From an uncultured archaeon (GTDB lineage: Archaea > Asgardarchaeota > Hermodarchaeia > Hermodarchaeales > Hermodarchaeaceae): 48,225 nt of DNA. The translations under genes and the position numbers were made by a program. The DNA lies in contig CAYFXC010000015.1 of assembly GCA_964347045.1 (NCBI GenBank), positions 1 through 48,225 on the forward strand. Direction: 5' to 3'. The notes beneath the pieces are model-generated. The model saw only the letters and a list, made by a program, of their open reading frames with translations, was not told the DNA's origin and searched no databases. Positions 30,439 to 39,196 of the stretch are shown piece by piece. Position 1 is the stretch's first letter; each line of letters begins with the position of its first letter.

Positions 30439-31194
30439 TTGCTTGTAGCTAAATTTGATGATGCAAAAAATTGGCAGGCCCTTATCGGTGCTATTTCAGC
30501 TCTTGTTGATGAGGCTAACTTCGAGATTTCACCAAAAGGTATGACTCTCCGGGCTATGGATCCATCCCGGATAGCAATGGTCGACTTCGAGCTCCCGAAA
30601 AGCGCATTTAGTTCATATGAATGTGACGAAGAAGGACGCATTGGCATAAATCTTGACGAAATGGATAAAATCGTCAAACGTGCAGGAGCTGGAAATAGCC
30701 TTGAACTTGCACTCGACCGTGAGAAGAACCAATTACAGATTACACTCCAAGGTCGCACAAAACGGAGTTTCAAAATTTCACTTATTGACCTTGGGGCTGA
30801 TCGACCCCCCACTCTAAATGTAGATTTTGATATTAATATCAAAATTACAGCTGATACTCTCAAAGAAATTATCCAAGATGCTAACATAATCGGCGACTTC
30901 ATCGCCATCGATGCCCAACCAGATAACCTGAAAATTTCTGCTCGCGGAGATACAGGCAACCTGGAGGTGACTATCGGAAAATCTGAGGAGGCTCTTCTTG
31001 AGTATACAGTAAAAGAACCTGCCAAATCTCTTTACGCCCTCGAATATCTTAATGATATGATGAAAGCCGTTGCCGCATCTGATACAGTTCAATTAGAATT
31101 TGGTAAAGGTACTCCTATCAAATTGGTCTTCGCCGTCAGCAGCGGAGGACACATCACTTACTTCCTAGCTCCTCGAGTCGAAGACGACTTCTAA
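30439..31194 (+). CDS. pcn: DNA sliding clamp PCNA
   Basis: LVDEANF, RAMDPSRIAMVD, YALEYL, YFLAPRVE. Confidence 0.97.
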   Translation: MLVAKFDDAKNWQALIGAISALVDEANFEISPKGMTLRAMDPSRIAMVDFELPKSAFSSYECDEEGRIGINLDEMDKIVKRAGAGNSLELALDREKNQLQITLQGRTKRSFKISLIDLGADRPPTLNVDFDINIKITADTLKEIIQDANIIGDFIAIDAQPDNLKISARGDTGNLEVTIGKSEEALLEYTVKEPAKSLYALEYLNDMMKAVAASDTVQLEFGKGTPIKLVFAVSSGGHITYFLAPRVEDDF

Positions 31195-31226
31195 AAATTT
31201 AAACACCACTTTCCGAACACTAGGAA

Positions 31227-32267
31227 ATGAAAATGCAAGAGGATATTTCAATATATGAAGCAGCCAAATACCCTTGGTCAGTGATGGCTCTGTCGCTGCT
31301 TAAAGAACTTGATGTCTCGCTTGCCGAAGTCGATAAGAATCCCCGAATTGTTCAACGTGCTCGTCAACGGTTAAAAGATGCCTTTCATGCCAAATCATTA
31401 CAAAAACGTGGCAACAAAAGTGATGACGCATATATCGAACTTACCAGCTTCTTTGTCGCAAAAGCGTTAGTAGATGCAATTGGTAGCATGTATCTCCGGC
31501 GGCGGTGGGCAACAGTTGAAGCAAAATCAGCGGAAGACTTCTTGATTAAAGAATCTGATGTTAAACTTGCGAAGTTAGCAAAACAAGAATTTAACTGGAA
31601 TGTTGCTTCAAATGGGTCACGTGTAGTAGGACGAACTTTTTCTCACAGTCTCCATTTTACAAATTATCTGTCTGCGGTAGCAGGGTTTCATGAACGCGAG
31701 TGGAAACTTGTTAATAAACGGTTAACTGATGGATTTGTTTTGCTCCGAAAATCAGAAACCGTGCGCGTTCTTCGAGCCGCGGTGGAAAAGCTTCTTGTTA
31801 GTGATATTAAGAAAGTGCCTGCTGATTTTCCTCCCAATATTCAGTTAGTCTATGAAGAAATGGAATCAGTTGCTCGGAAACGATCTGATCGACTAAGACA
31901 AGAAATTGAGGGCGAGATTGTTCCTGAGGCTTTTCCTCCTTGTATGCAAGCGCTCCTTACTGATATGAAGCAGGGAAAACCGCTCTCCCATATCGCTCGG
32001 TTTGCTATAACCGCATTTTTACTTAATGTTGGTATGGATGTTGATTCGATAGTTGAACTTTTTATGCAAGCTCCTGATTTTCGAGAAGATTTAGCACGAT
32101 ACCAAATTGAACATATAGCCGGAAAACGTGGAAGCACGGAATATACACCACCTAGCTGTGCTTATATGATATCCGTTCGGCTCTGCGTTGACCCAGATCA
32201 AGCCGAAACTCGACGGCACCCTTTGAATTATTACCGCTACAGGAGGCAACGACTATCCAAACCCTAG
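31227..32267 (+). CDS. priL: DNA primase large subunit
   Basis: AKYP, WKLVN, FPPCM, APDF, YQIEHIAG, YTPPSC, HPLNYY. Confidence 0.94.
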   Translation: MKMQEDISIYEAAKYPWSVMALSLLKELDVSLAEVDKNPRIVQRARQRLKDAFHAKSLQKRGNKSDDAYIELTSFFVAKALVDAIGSMYLRRRWATVEAKSAEDFLIKESDVKLAKLAKQEFNWNVASNGSRVVGRTFSHSLHFTNYLSAVAGFHEREWKLVNKRLTDGFVLLRKSETVRVLRAAVEKLLVSDIKKVPADFPPNIQLVYEEMESVARKRSDRLRQEIEGEIVPEAFPPCMQALLTDMKQGKPLSHIARFAITAFLLNVGMDVDSIVELFMQAPDFREDLARYQIEHIAGKRGSTEYTPPSCAYMISVRLCVDPDQAETRRHPLNYYRYRRQRLSKP

Positions 32268-33484
32268 AGTTTCTCATCAAGCAATTTGCTGAATATTATC
32301 GTAACCCTATTACGCCAATCACTCCTCCACGCCAATTTGAAACCCGAGAGTTTGCCTTCTTTTGGTTTGCTCGTGAAGGGGCGCTTCGCCATACCAACTT
32401 CTTGAACCCTGAAGAACTGAGTAATTTCATGGGTAAAGAAGGTCCGGCACATGTATTCCACTCTGCTGCTTATTATGAAACCCCCGATGCTCCTCAAATG
32501 CCACTGAAAGGATGGCGTGGAGCCGACTTAGTTTTCGATATTGATGCGGATCATTTTGATTTACCCTGTCAGAAACAACACGATTCCTGGTGGTGTTTGG
32601 ATTGTGCCTACAGGGATCACGGGCATCGACCTGATCAATGTCCCAAGTGTAATAGTACACGAATCAATGCTTTGAAATGGATGTGCGAAGAATGCTTGGG
32701 AAAATCCAAAGACGAAGTAATAAAAATCATTGAAAATTTCCTCGTTCCCGATATGGGCATATCAAAAAAAGATATGATAGTTGTTTTCTCTGGGCATCGG
32801 GGGTATCACATCCACAGCTTTTCTTCTGAAATACATAATCTCGGATCTCAAGAAAGGCGGGAAATCGTCGATTATATCTCAGGAACTGGTATTGATTTTC
32901 GATACCAAGGGTTTGTTGATAATACATATGGTATCCCGAAGGGTCCTGACTCCCGGTTTCCTGGTTGGGAAAGAAAAATTGCCGAAGGTATTCGATACCT
33001 ATTTCAAAATCCAGAACAGCTCGGCCACATTCCTGGTCTTCGGACAAAACAGAGTCAAATATTACAAAAAGAAGCTGAATCCATTTATTCACAGCTCATT
33101 GAAGAACCTGCACGATACACTACGCCCAAAGGCGTCGGCCAAAAGGTTTGGTACATTATTGCCCAATTTGTGGTTGAATCTTCAGCCGCGGTAGTTGATG
33201 AACCTGTTACAACCGACATTCATCGGCTCATTCGACTTCCAGGTTCATTACATGGGAAAACCGGGTTCCTTGTTAAACACCTCGATGTATCTTCTCTTGA
33301 AGATTTTGATCCATTCACGCAGGCGCAAGTGTTCAAAGGAACAGCTACTGTTCAAATTTCTGATGCTCCTGAATTTTCTTTGAATGGTATCTATTATCCG
33401 CCAATGCGCGATATTAAAAAGGAGCTTCCCCTCTCCGCTGCTATGCTACTTCTCTGTAAGGGTGTAGCTGAAATCGTAATCTAA
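32255..33484 (+). CDS. priS: DNA primase small subunit with Zn-ribbon insertion; non-canonical start inferred
   Basis: DLVFDIDAD, FSGHRGYH, RLIRLPGSLH. The in-frame conserved N-terminus (FAEYY, REFAF, LRH) lies upstream of the track's TTG at 32402; the ATC 32255 start is inferred. Confidence 0.9.
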   Translation: MQTLEFLIKQFAEYYRNPITPITPPRQFETREFAFFWFAREGALRHTNFLNPEELSNFMGKEGPAHVFHSAAYYETPDAPQMPLKGWRGADLVFDIDADHFDLPCQKQHDSWWCLDCAYRDHGHRPDQCPKCNSTRINALKWMCEECLGKSKDEVIKIIENFLVPDMGISKKDMIVVFSGHRGYHIHSFSSEIHNLGSQERREIVDYISGTGIDFRYQGFVDNTYGIPKGPDSRFPGWERKIAEGIRYLFQNPEQLGHIPGLRTKQSQILQKEAESIYSQLIEEPARYTTPKGVGQKVWYIIAQFVVESSAAVVDEPVTTDIHRLIRLPGSLHGKTGFLVKHLDVSSLEDFDPFTQAQVFKGTATVQISDAPEFSLNGIYYPPMRDIKKELPLSAAMLLLCKGVAEIVI

Positions 33485-33487
33485 GGG

Positions 33488-34054
33488 ATGGAGCTCTCAT
33501 TGTATTCAGCTCTTCTTGAACGCTGGCAAGCTGAAAGAGATTCACTGGATCTGCTTCCACTACGGGACTCTTTTCTCCAGAGCATTCGAGATTACATTGA
33601 GCAAGTCCTCGCACAGAGCCGAGCCGAAAACACCCCAGATCTTCAACGCCAATTATTTGAAACAGAACTGAGGAATCTCCAATTTATGATGAAAAACCTA
33701 CTCACGTTGCGCGTGAAAAAAATCCTTGCTAGACTCGTTGAACATGATATTGATTATGATCTTCTAACGCGCAGTGAACGTCGGTTTACGGACCAAATTT
33801 CTCGAAATGTTCGTTCGGTTCTTATGCCCGCAGACGATTTATTTGCTCCATTGGAAACTAATGACACCTCACAACTATTACTTATCCGATTTCTTGAAGA
33901 ACACCCGCAGCTCGTTGGAGTAGATTTAAAAACATACGGACCTTTCAAAGCGGATGACCTGGCGGCGCTTCCTGTTGAAAACGCCCGGATCATAATCAGA
34001 AAAAATCAAGCAGAACCTGTCGAACTAGGTGACATTCACCATGAAAGCTCCTAA
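33488..34054 (+). CDS. GINS subunit (Gins15/51-type, A-B domain order)
   Basis: LRVKKI, LTRSE, VGVDLKTYGPF..DDLAALP..NA. Confidence 0.88.
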   Translation: MELSLYSALLERWQAERDSLDLLPLRDSFLQSIRDYIEQVLAQSRAENTPDLQRQLFETELRNLQFMMKNLLTLRVKKILARLVEHDIDYDLLTRSERRFTDQISRNVRSVLMPADDLFAPLETNDTSQLLLIRFLEEHPQLVGVDLKTYGPFKADDLAALPVENARIIIRKNQAEPVELGDIHHESS

Positions 34055-34316
34055 AACCATGAAAACATATTGTGCACGGTGTAAAAAACACACCGAGCAC
34101 GCTGTTAGTCTATACAAGAAAGGTCGTGAACGGGTTCTTTCTGCAGGGCGACGCCGGTATGACAGAAAGGAATCAGGTTACGGTTCTCAACCCAAACCCA
34201 TCCAAAAACGCTTCTCTAAGGTTACTAAGAAACAGTCACTTCGACTAAAATGCAAAGAGTGTGACCATGTATCGGTTCGAAAGGGCATACGCCTGAAAAA
34301 ATTGGAACTGGTCTAA
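34041..34316 (+). CDS. rpl44e: Ribosomal protein eL42 (L44e)
   Basis: TYCARCKKHTEH, GYGSQPKP, KVTKK..LRLKC. Confidence 0.96.
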   Translation: MKAPKTMKTYCARCKKHTEHAVSLYKKGRERVLSAGRRRYDRKESGYGSQPKPIQKRFSKVTKKQSLRLKCKECDHVSVRKGIRLKKLELV

Positions 34317-34333
34317 TCATGGAGTGAAAAACA

Positions 34334-34531
34334 GTGACAAAAAAGAAAAAGGTCATTAATGAACCTCGATCCCGTTTTCTACTAGTCAAATGTAAAGAAT
34401 GCGACAATGAACAAACGGTCTTTGGAGGGGCAACTCAAAAAGTCGTATGCGATGTTTGCGGTAAACCCCTAACAAAACCTACTGGGGGAAAAGCTCAAAT
34501 TATCGGTGAAGTTATCCAAGAACTAAGTTAA
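34334..34531 (+). CDS. rps27e: Ribosomal protein eS27
   Basis: PRSRFLLVKC..CDNEQ, PTGGKA. Confidence 0.96.
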   Translation: MTKKKKVINEPRSRFLLVKCKECDNEQTVFGGATQKVVCDVCGKPLTKPTGGKAQIIGEVIQELS

Positions 34532-34569
34532 TTCTTACTTCCCCAGGTTCTCAATCATAGGTGGTCCCC

Positions 34570-35379
34570 ATGTCAACAGACGATGTTAAACCTTCACTAG
34601 CACGATCTAAACTCCCAGACGTGGGAGAACTTGTTATCGCTACGGTGAGCCGAATTACCTCTCATGGTGCTTATGGGAAAATGGATGAATACAATGAACA
34701 GGAATGCTTCATTCACATTTCTGAAATTGCCTCAACATGGGTGCGAAATATCCGAAACTTCGTCCGAGAAAATCAAAAGATAGTCATCAAAGTTCTTCGA
34801 GTGGATACGGAACGAAAACAGGTTGATACTTCATTACGCCGCGTCACCAAAGAACAAGGGCGGATGAAGATACAAGAATGGAAACGTGCCCAACGAGGAA
34901 ATAAATTATTAGCATTGGCCGCTGAACGCATGAAAAAGACACCCGAAGAAGCCTATTCAATTGCTGGAAAACCTATTGAAGCGAACTTCTCCGATATACT
35001 CGAAGGCTTGGAAGAAACGAAGGAGAAAGGCCCCAAGGTTCTCATCGATATCGACGTCCCCAAAAAATGGGCTGAGGTATTGTACGAACTTGCCCAAGCA
35101 CATGTCATTATTCGGGATGTTAGTGTAGAAACAACCCTCGAACTCACCTGTCGGGGACCTGAAGGAGTTGAAGGAATCCGAAGGGCTCTTCTTGCTGCAG
35201 AAGAAATTGTTGAACCCTCGGGCGGAATTGTCTTTCTCGAAGGTGCTCCACGATATCGAATTCAAGTAAGTGGTAAAGATTACAAACAAGCTGAACAACT
35301 ACTGGAAAAAGCTGTTGAAAAAAGTCTTAAAATCATTGAAGAATGCGGTGGCGAAGGGAAAGTAGCCACCCGGTCATGA
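34570..35379 (+). CDS. eif2a: Translation initiation factor aIF-2 alpha
   Basis: LPDVGELV, FIHISEI, KVLRVD, GAPRYRI. Confidence 0.95.
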   Translation: MSTDDVKPSLARSKLPDVGELVIATVSRITSHGAYGKMDEYNEQECFIHISEIASTWVRNIRNFVRENQKIVIKVLRVDTERKQVDTSLRRVTKEQGRMKIQEWKRAQRGNKLLALAAERMKKTPEEAYSIAGKPIEANFSDILEGLEETKEKGPKVLIDIDVPKKWAEVLYELAQAHVIIRDVSVETTLELTCRGPEGVEGIRRALLAAEEIVEPSGGIVFLEGAPRYRIQVSGKDYKQAEQLLEKAVEKSLKIIEECGGEGKVATRS

Positions 35380-35412
35380 ATTGACAATCAACCTACTATG
35401 AGGGAAGCCTAA

Positions 35413-35613
35413 CTGACAAAACTTCTAAAAAAATGTAGCCGGTGTAATACATACACACTCAATGCTACATTATGTCCTTCGTGTGGCGGACCTATAACTA
35501 ATGCTCACCCAGCACGATTTTCCATCGAAGATCGCTACGGTTCATATCGCCGAAAAATGAAGAAAGAACTACTCTCCACAATTAGCACTGAGAACGAAGC
35601 ACCAACCAAATAA
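35413..35613 (+). CDS. nop10: H/ACA RNP protein Nop10, CTG start
   Basis: Not in the ORF track: (M)TKLLKKCSRCNTYTLNATLCPSCGG...AHPARFSIEDRYGSYRRKMK; canonical position after aIF2a; in-frame TAA directly before the CTG. Confidence 0.92.
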   Translation: MTKLLKKCSRCNTYTLNATLCPSCGGPITNAHPARFSIEDRYGSYRRKMKKELLSTISTENEAPTK

Positions 35614-38585
35614 TATAGGCTACTCAAAAGGTTGTCTTTTACTGGTGATGTTTCTAATGCTGGCGAACTTGGTTGCTCTAGTGCAGGTGAACTTGGAGGT
35701 GTAGGTGTAGCTTGAATTGTAATAGGAATGGTCAAATTCAATCCATAATAATTTGGAACGGAACTCATATAGCGTAAAAGAACATTGACCTCTTCGCCTG
35801 CCACGAGATCAACACCCCAATATGCAGCATCGATGGTTATCCCAAGTACATCCGTAGTATATAGAAGACGGCCTCGAGTGAGTTTGGCGTTTTCGATTGA
35901 AAACTCAACATCGTTGAGAAGCCCTTCGTAATCTACTTCGATATAGCCATCTCCGGTATTTTGTAGTTCAACATAGATTGTGTCATTATCGTATGCCCAT
36001 GAATTGGCTACCAGCCCTGTCAGCTCCCATGCTGGTGCTTTACGAACAGGAATGGTTAGTGACGCATTTAATGTTGGAATAAAACCAGCGGCAAATAAGG
36101 TGACGTTAATATCTGTTCCCACGGTGAAATAGGGCGGCGCCCGGATATTTACCATTACAGTTTCACCAGGCTGAATCGTTAGGTTACCCGTATCTGAAGC
36201 CATAAACTCACTAAAAACAGTTGTAATCGCGTATACCTCATCGAGGGCATTCCAATAGCCAATTTCAGCCAAATCGATTGTAAATGGGTGGAGTCCTGTG
36301 TTTTTTACTCCCACCACAACCTGCGAGAGATCGGCTGATGGGGCATCCTCGTCTCGATTCACTGGAAAGGCACTAGCACCAGTTAATTCCATTTTAGTAT
36401 CCAAGTAGGTGTAGTTGGCCTTGTAGATTTTCATTAGCTGCAATTCGCTGGTATAGGTGGGAACAAACAGGCTGAAAATTGTACGCCCTGGCTCTGTATC
36501 CATACTAGGTTCTGGTCCAGGTTCACCGGTGGAATTGAGGGCTGGGGGATTGACACCTAATATGCTTGCATTGAGCCAGAGGAGATTATAGATTACTGTG
36601 TCATAGAACGGTTCAAGGTATCTGCCTGTGTTCGGATCCCAGAAGTGGGTTTCATCTGGGACTTCATCACCGAACACTTCACCAGCAATTCGAATCATCC
36701 ACTGCCACTTACCTTCATCACCACTAAATCCAGGATTCCCTAACCCAAAATGCACAAACGGGTAATCTACATTAAACCTTCGACAGATTTCGAGGGCTGC
36801 TACATAATTGGTTTCCATGAACATCCGGCCAACCCACGCTATCTGGGTTTTATTTATGGTCGCGTTATCTACAACAGTGAACCGGTCGCCGACTTGACGG
36901 GTCCAATAGCCATAATCCCACCAGGACATAAAGACCGTACCTGGGGGAGTGTGGTACTGCATCCATGAAAAGGCTTCAAGATAGTCTCGGAAATACTGCA
37001 CATTGCCTGCAACATCACGTCCTCCTGGTGTTATCTCTGGACCTCCCATTTGATCAATAGCTCCGATAGCAGTAATGGTTGAAGCAAGCAGTAATATAAT
37101 GAGAAACAAATACGCGACACTCGCAAATCCTCGGCCAACAGGGGGGGTGATGCGGCGGCGCCGTCGGGTAAGAATCGGGCGTTGCCAGAAAATAGGGCGG
37201 AATGGGCGAATGGACATTAATAGGCCGTATGCACCAAGGATGGCTGCGGCGGGGGCAAGGATGAGTGATAGCCGAATCATAGATCCGGTAAAATACAAGG
37301 CGGTAAGCGCAAAGATAATGAGCAAAATATCAGTTTCGCGTTCACGCTGAAATGCAATATAAAATCCAAATGGTATGAGGAGCACTAGGAAGCTCAGATT
37401 ATACCAGAATGTAGCCCATGGTGATGGAAGGTGTTCACCCACTGAGGCTAAAAGAAACGCTTCCTGTCGAATTAATGGGTCAATAACAGTGTAAAATTTA
37501 CCCGCTAGATTTCCAAGAAAACCTTGTCCTTGACCAAAGGATAAAGTGAGGAATAAGCCAGACTGGAAAAGGTAGCCCAATCCAACAACAATTAGCGCGC
37601 ACATCGTACCAAAAATATAGGCAAAATAGGGTCGAATCCGGGTTGAAAACCCTGTCAAACGACCTGGAATCCCCATCTCAGTTAATTGATAGCTGCGACT
37701 TAATTCTATCAGTATGAGGAGGGCCCAAATCGCTAGTGGTATAAGCCCTGTAGTGGAGGTTGCCCAGTCGGGACCTATTCGAGGAACACAAATCGCAAGG
37801 AGCATACCACCAATGACGACTCCAGTATAAGTCACTAATAGCCGACGGGAATATCGTCGAAGTAGAACCATGACTAGAGCGAAAATGGCTAGAATCTGGA
37901 ACATGTAAAGGTAAACGCTCCAACTAGCCGAAAGGTATCCTAATGATAATGCGCCAAGTATAGCCGAAGCGACTGAACCTTTACGTAACGAACGAATGAA
38001 GAAGAAAAGTGTTAGAAGGATTGCAAGAATTCCGATGGCTTCGTTGTCAAAGAAGCCTGCAATGGTACGTTGGGTGTAAGCGGGAAGTATAGCCATAAAA
38101 AAGGCCGCTAAAAGACCAACTTCCTTTGAGCTCACCTCAACACCTAGGGCATAAATTGCGAGGATACCGAATACACCCATAATGGAAGGGAAAAGAACAA
38201 CCAGAGTCATTGTGTCTAGGTTGATTCCTACAGCTTTAATCACTAAGAACATAAATGCGGCGGTGAACGGAATTCCAGGGTAGGAAGATTGGGGAATATT
38301 TCGGCCAAAGGGTACCCAAGTTGTCCAATCATACCAACCAAACCACGCACCAAACCCATGTTGTAAAATAAATTCGACTTCCCGGAGATTATACCAGGGG
38401 TCAAATGCACGCATCAGGACTTCAAAGCCAAGCATGGGGAGAAGCCGGATCATTAATGCAATGATGGAAATGATAATGAGCGCGACGGCTGAGATGACAT
38501 TTGCCCTGGAAACTTCCATTCTTGGTCCATGTATGTATCGACGAAGGAAAGACCAAGTGGATCGGAGCGCGCCGCGTACTGACAT
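35535..38585 (-). CDS. aglB: Oligosaccharyltransferase AglB/STT3 with C-terminal extension
   Basis: FDPWY, GFFDNE, SVGEH, SWWDYG, DNAT, DEGKWQWMIRIA. Confidence 0.95.
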   Translation of the reverse strand: MSVRGALRSTWSFLRRYIHGPRMEVSRANVISAVALIIISIIALMIRLLPMLGFEVLMRAFDPWYNLREVEFILQHGFGAWFGWYDWTTWVPFGRNIPQSSYPGIPFTAAFMFLVIKAVGINLDTMTLVVLFPSIMGVFGILAIYALGVEVSSKEVGLLAAFFMAILPAYTQRTIAGFFDNEAIGILAILLTLFFFIRSLRKGSVASAILGALSLGYLSASWSVYLYMFQILAIFALVMVLLRRYSRRLLVTYTGVVIGGMLLAICVPRIGPDWATSTTGLIPLAIWALLILIELSRSYQLTEMGIPGRLTGFSTRIRPYFAYIFGTMCALIVVGLGYLFQSGLFLTLSFGQGQGFLGNLAGKFYTVIDPLIRQEAFLLASVGEHLPSPWATFWYNLSFLVLLIPFGFYIAFQRERETDILLIIFALTALYFTGSMIRLSLILAPAAAILGAYGLLMSIRPFRPIFWQRPILTRRRRRITPPVGRGFASVAYLFLIILLLASTITAIGAIDQMGGPEITPGGRDVAGNVQYFRDYLEAFSWMQYHTPPGTVFMSWWDYGYWTRQVGDRFTVVDNATINKTQIAWVGRMFMETNYVAALEICRRFNVDYPFVHFGLGNPGFSGDEGKWQWMIRIAGEVFGDEVPDETHFWDPNTGRYLEPFYDTVIYNLLWLNASILGVNPPALNSTGEPGPEPSMDTEPGRTIFSLFVPTYTSELQLMKIYKANYTYLDTKMELTGASAFPVNRDEDAPSADLSQVVVGVKNTGLHPFTIDLAEIGYWNALDEVYAITTVFSEFMASDTGNLTIQPGETVMVNIRAPPYFTVGTDINVTLFAAGFIPTLNASLTIPVRKAPAWELTGLVANSWAYDNDTIYVELQNTGDGYIEVDYEGLLNDVEFSIENAKLTRGRLLYTTDVLGITIDAAYWGVDLVAGEEVNVLLRYMSSVPNYYGLNLTIPITIQATPTPPSSPALEQPSSPALETSPVKDNLLSSLYYLVGASFSVLIVESSSFFIFRRYEP
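35652..35697 (-). repeat. Imperfect 24-nt tandem duplication encoding PSSPALE twice in the AglB linker
   Basis: Plus strand tctaatgctggcgaacttgg / tctagtgcaggtgaacttgg. Confidence 0.6.
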
Positions 38586-38673
38586 TCAGTCACCAATTGG
38601 TGTATGGAGTGGTGCCATCATAACTACGTGTACTTAAAAAATTTCTCTTACCGACCAAACCACCATCTCTGGG

Positions 38674-39066
38674 TTATTTTGCCAATCCTTCAATGAAGCT
38701 CTTATACGCCTCCGCGTTCATGAGATCCTTTATCTCGTCGGGATTTGAGAGTTTGATTACAATCATCCATCCCTCGCCATAGGGATCATTATTCACCAGT
38801 TCCGGTGCTTCTTCCAGTTTTTCATTCATTTCAACAACTTCACCAGAAACCGGTGAAAAGAGTTCTGAAGTTGCTTTCACCGAATCAACGGTCCCAAAAA
38901 CCTCATTGGCTTTTATCGTCGTACCAGCTGAAGACAATTCCACCATGACAATTTCGTGCAGCTCTTCTTGAGCATAATCTGTAATGCCCACACGTACAAC
39001 TCCATCTTCTTGGCGGACCCATTCATGTTCATTTGTATAAAATAAATCAGCAGGGATTTTGCTCAT
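38674..39066 (-). CDS. gcvH: Glycine cleavage system H protein
   Basis: HEWV, GITDYAQ, DSVKATSE lipoyl-Lys motif, DPYGEGW. Confidence 0.96.
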   Translation of the reverse strand: MSKIPADLFYTNEHEWVRQEDGVVRVGITDYAQEELHEIVMVELSSAGTTIKANEVFGTVDSVKATSELFSPVSGEVVEMNEKLEEAPELVNNDPYGEGWMIVIKLSNPDEIKDLMNAEAYKSFIEGLAK

Positions 39067-39151
39067 TTTATCAGAAACTCCAATTAATAGATTGAGTGCG
39101 CGTTTAGCCTTCCCGGTATATAGCTCTTATTGATGGTTTTCAGAAACTAGC

Positions 39152-39163
39152 AAACGTTTAAAA
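39152..39163 (+). promoter_or_regulatory. Putative BRE/TATA promoter of tRNA-Leu
   Basis: AAACG-TTTAAAA about 25 nt upstream of 39187-39188, which would give a leader of about 10 nt before G39197. Confidence 0.55.
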
Positions 39164-39196
39164 TGCTCAGGAGTTAATCTTTGCATCACCCTTATC

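Noticed and set aside
30435-31025. 196-aa antisense ORF over PCNA
   Set aside because: Shadow of a conserved gene; Ser-rich with no motifs.
32240-32270. Programmed -1 frameshift fusing PriL and PriS
   Set aside because: No in-register X-XXY-YYZ slippery heptamer; an SD plus near-cognate start is simpler.
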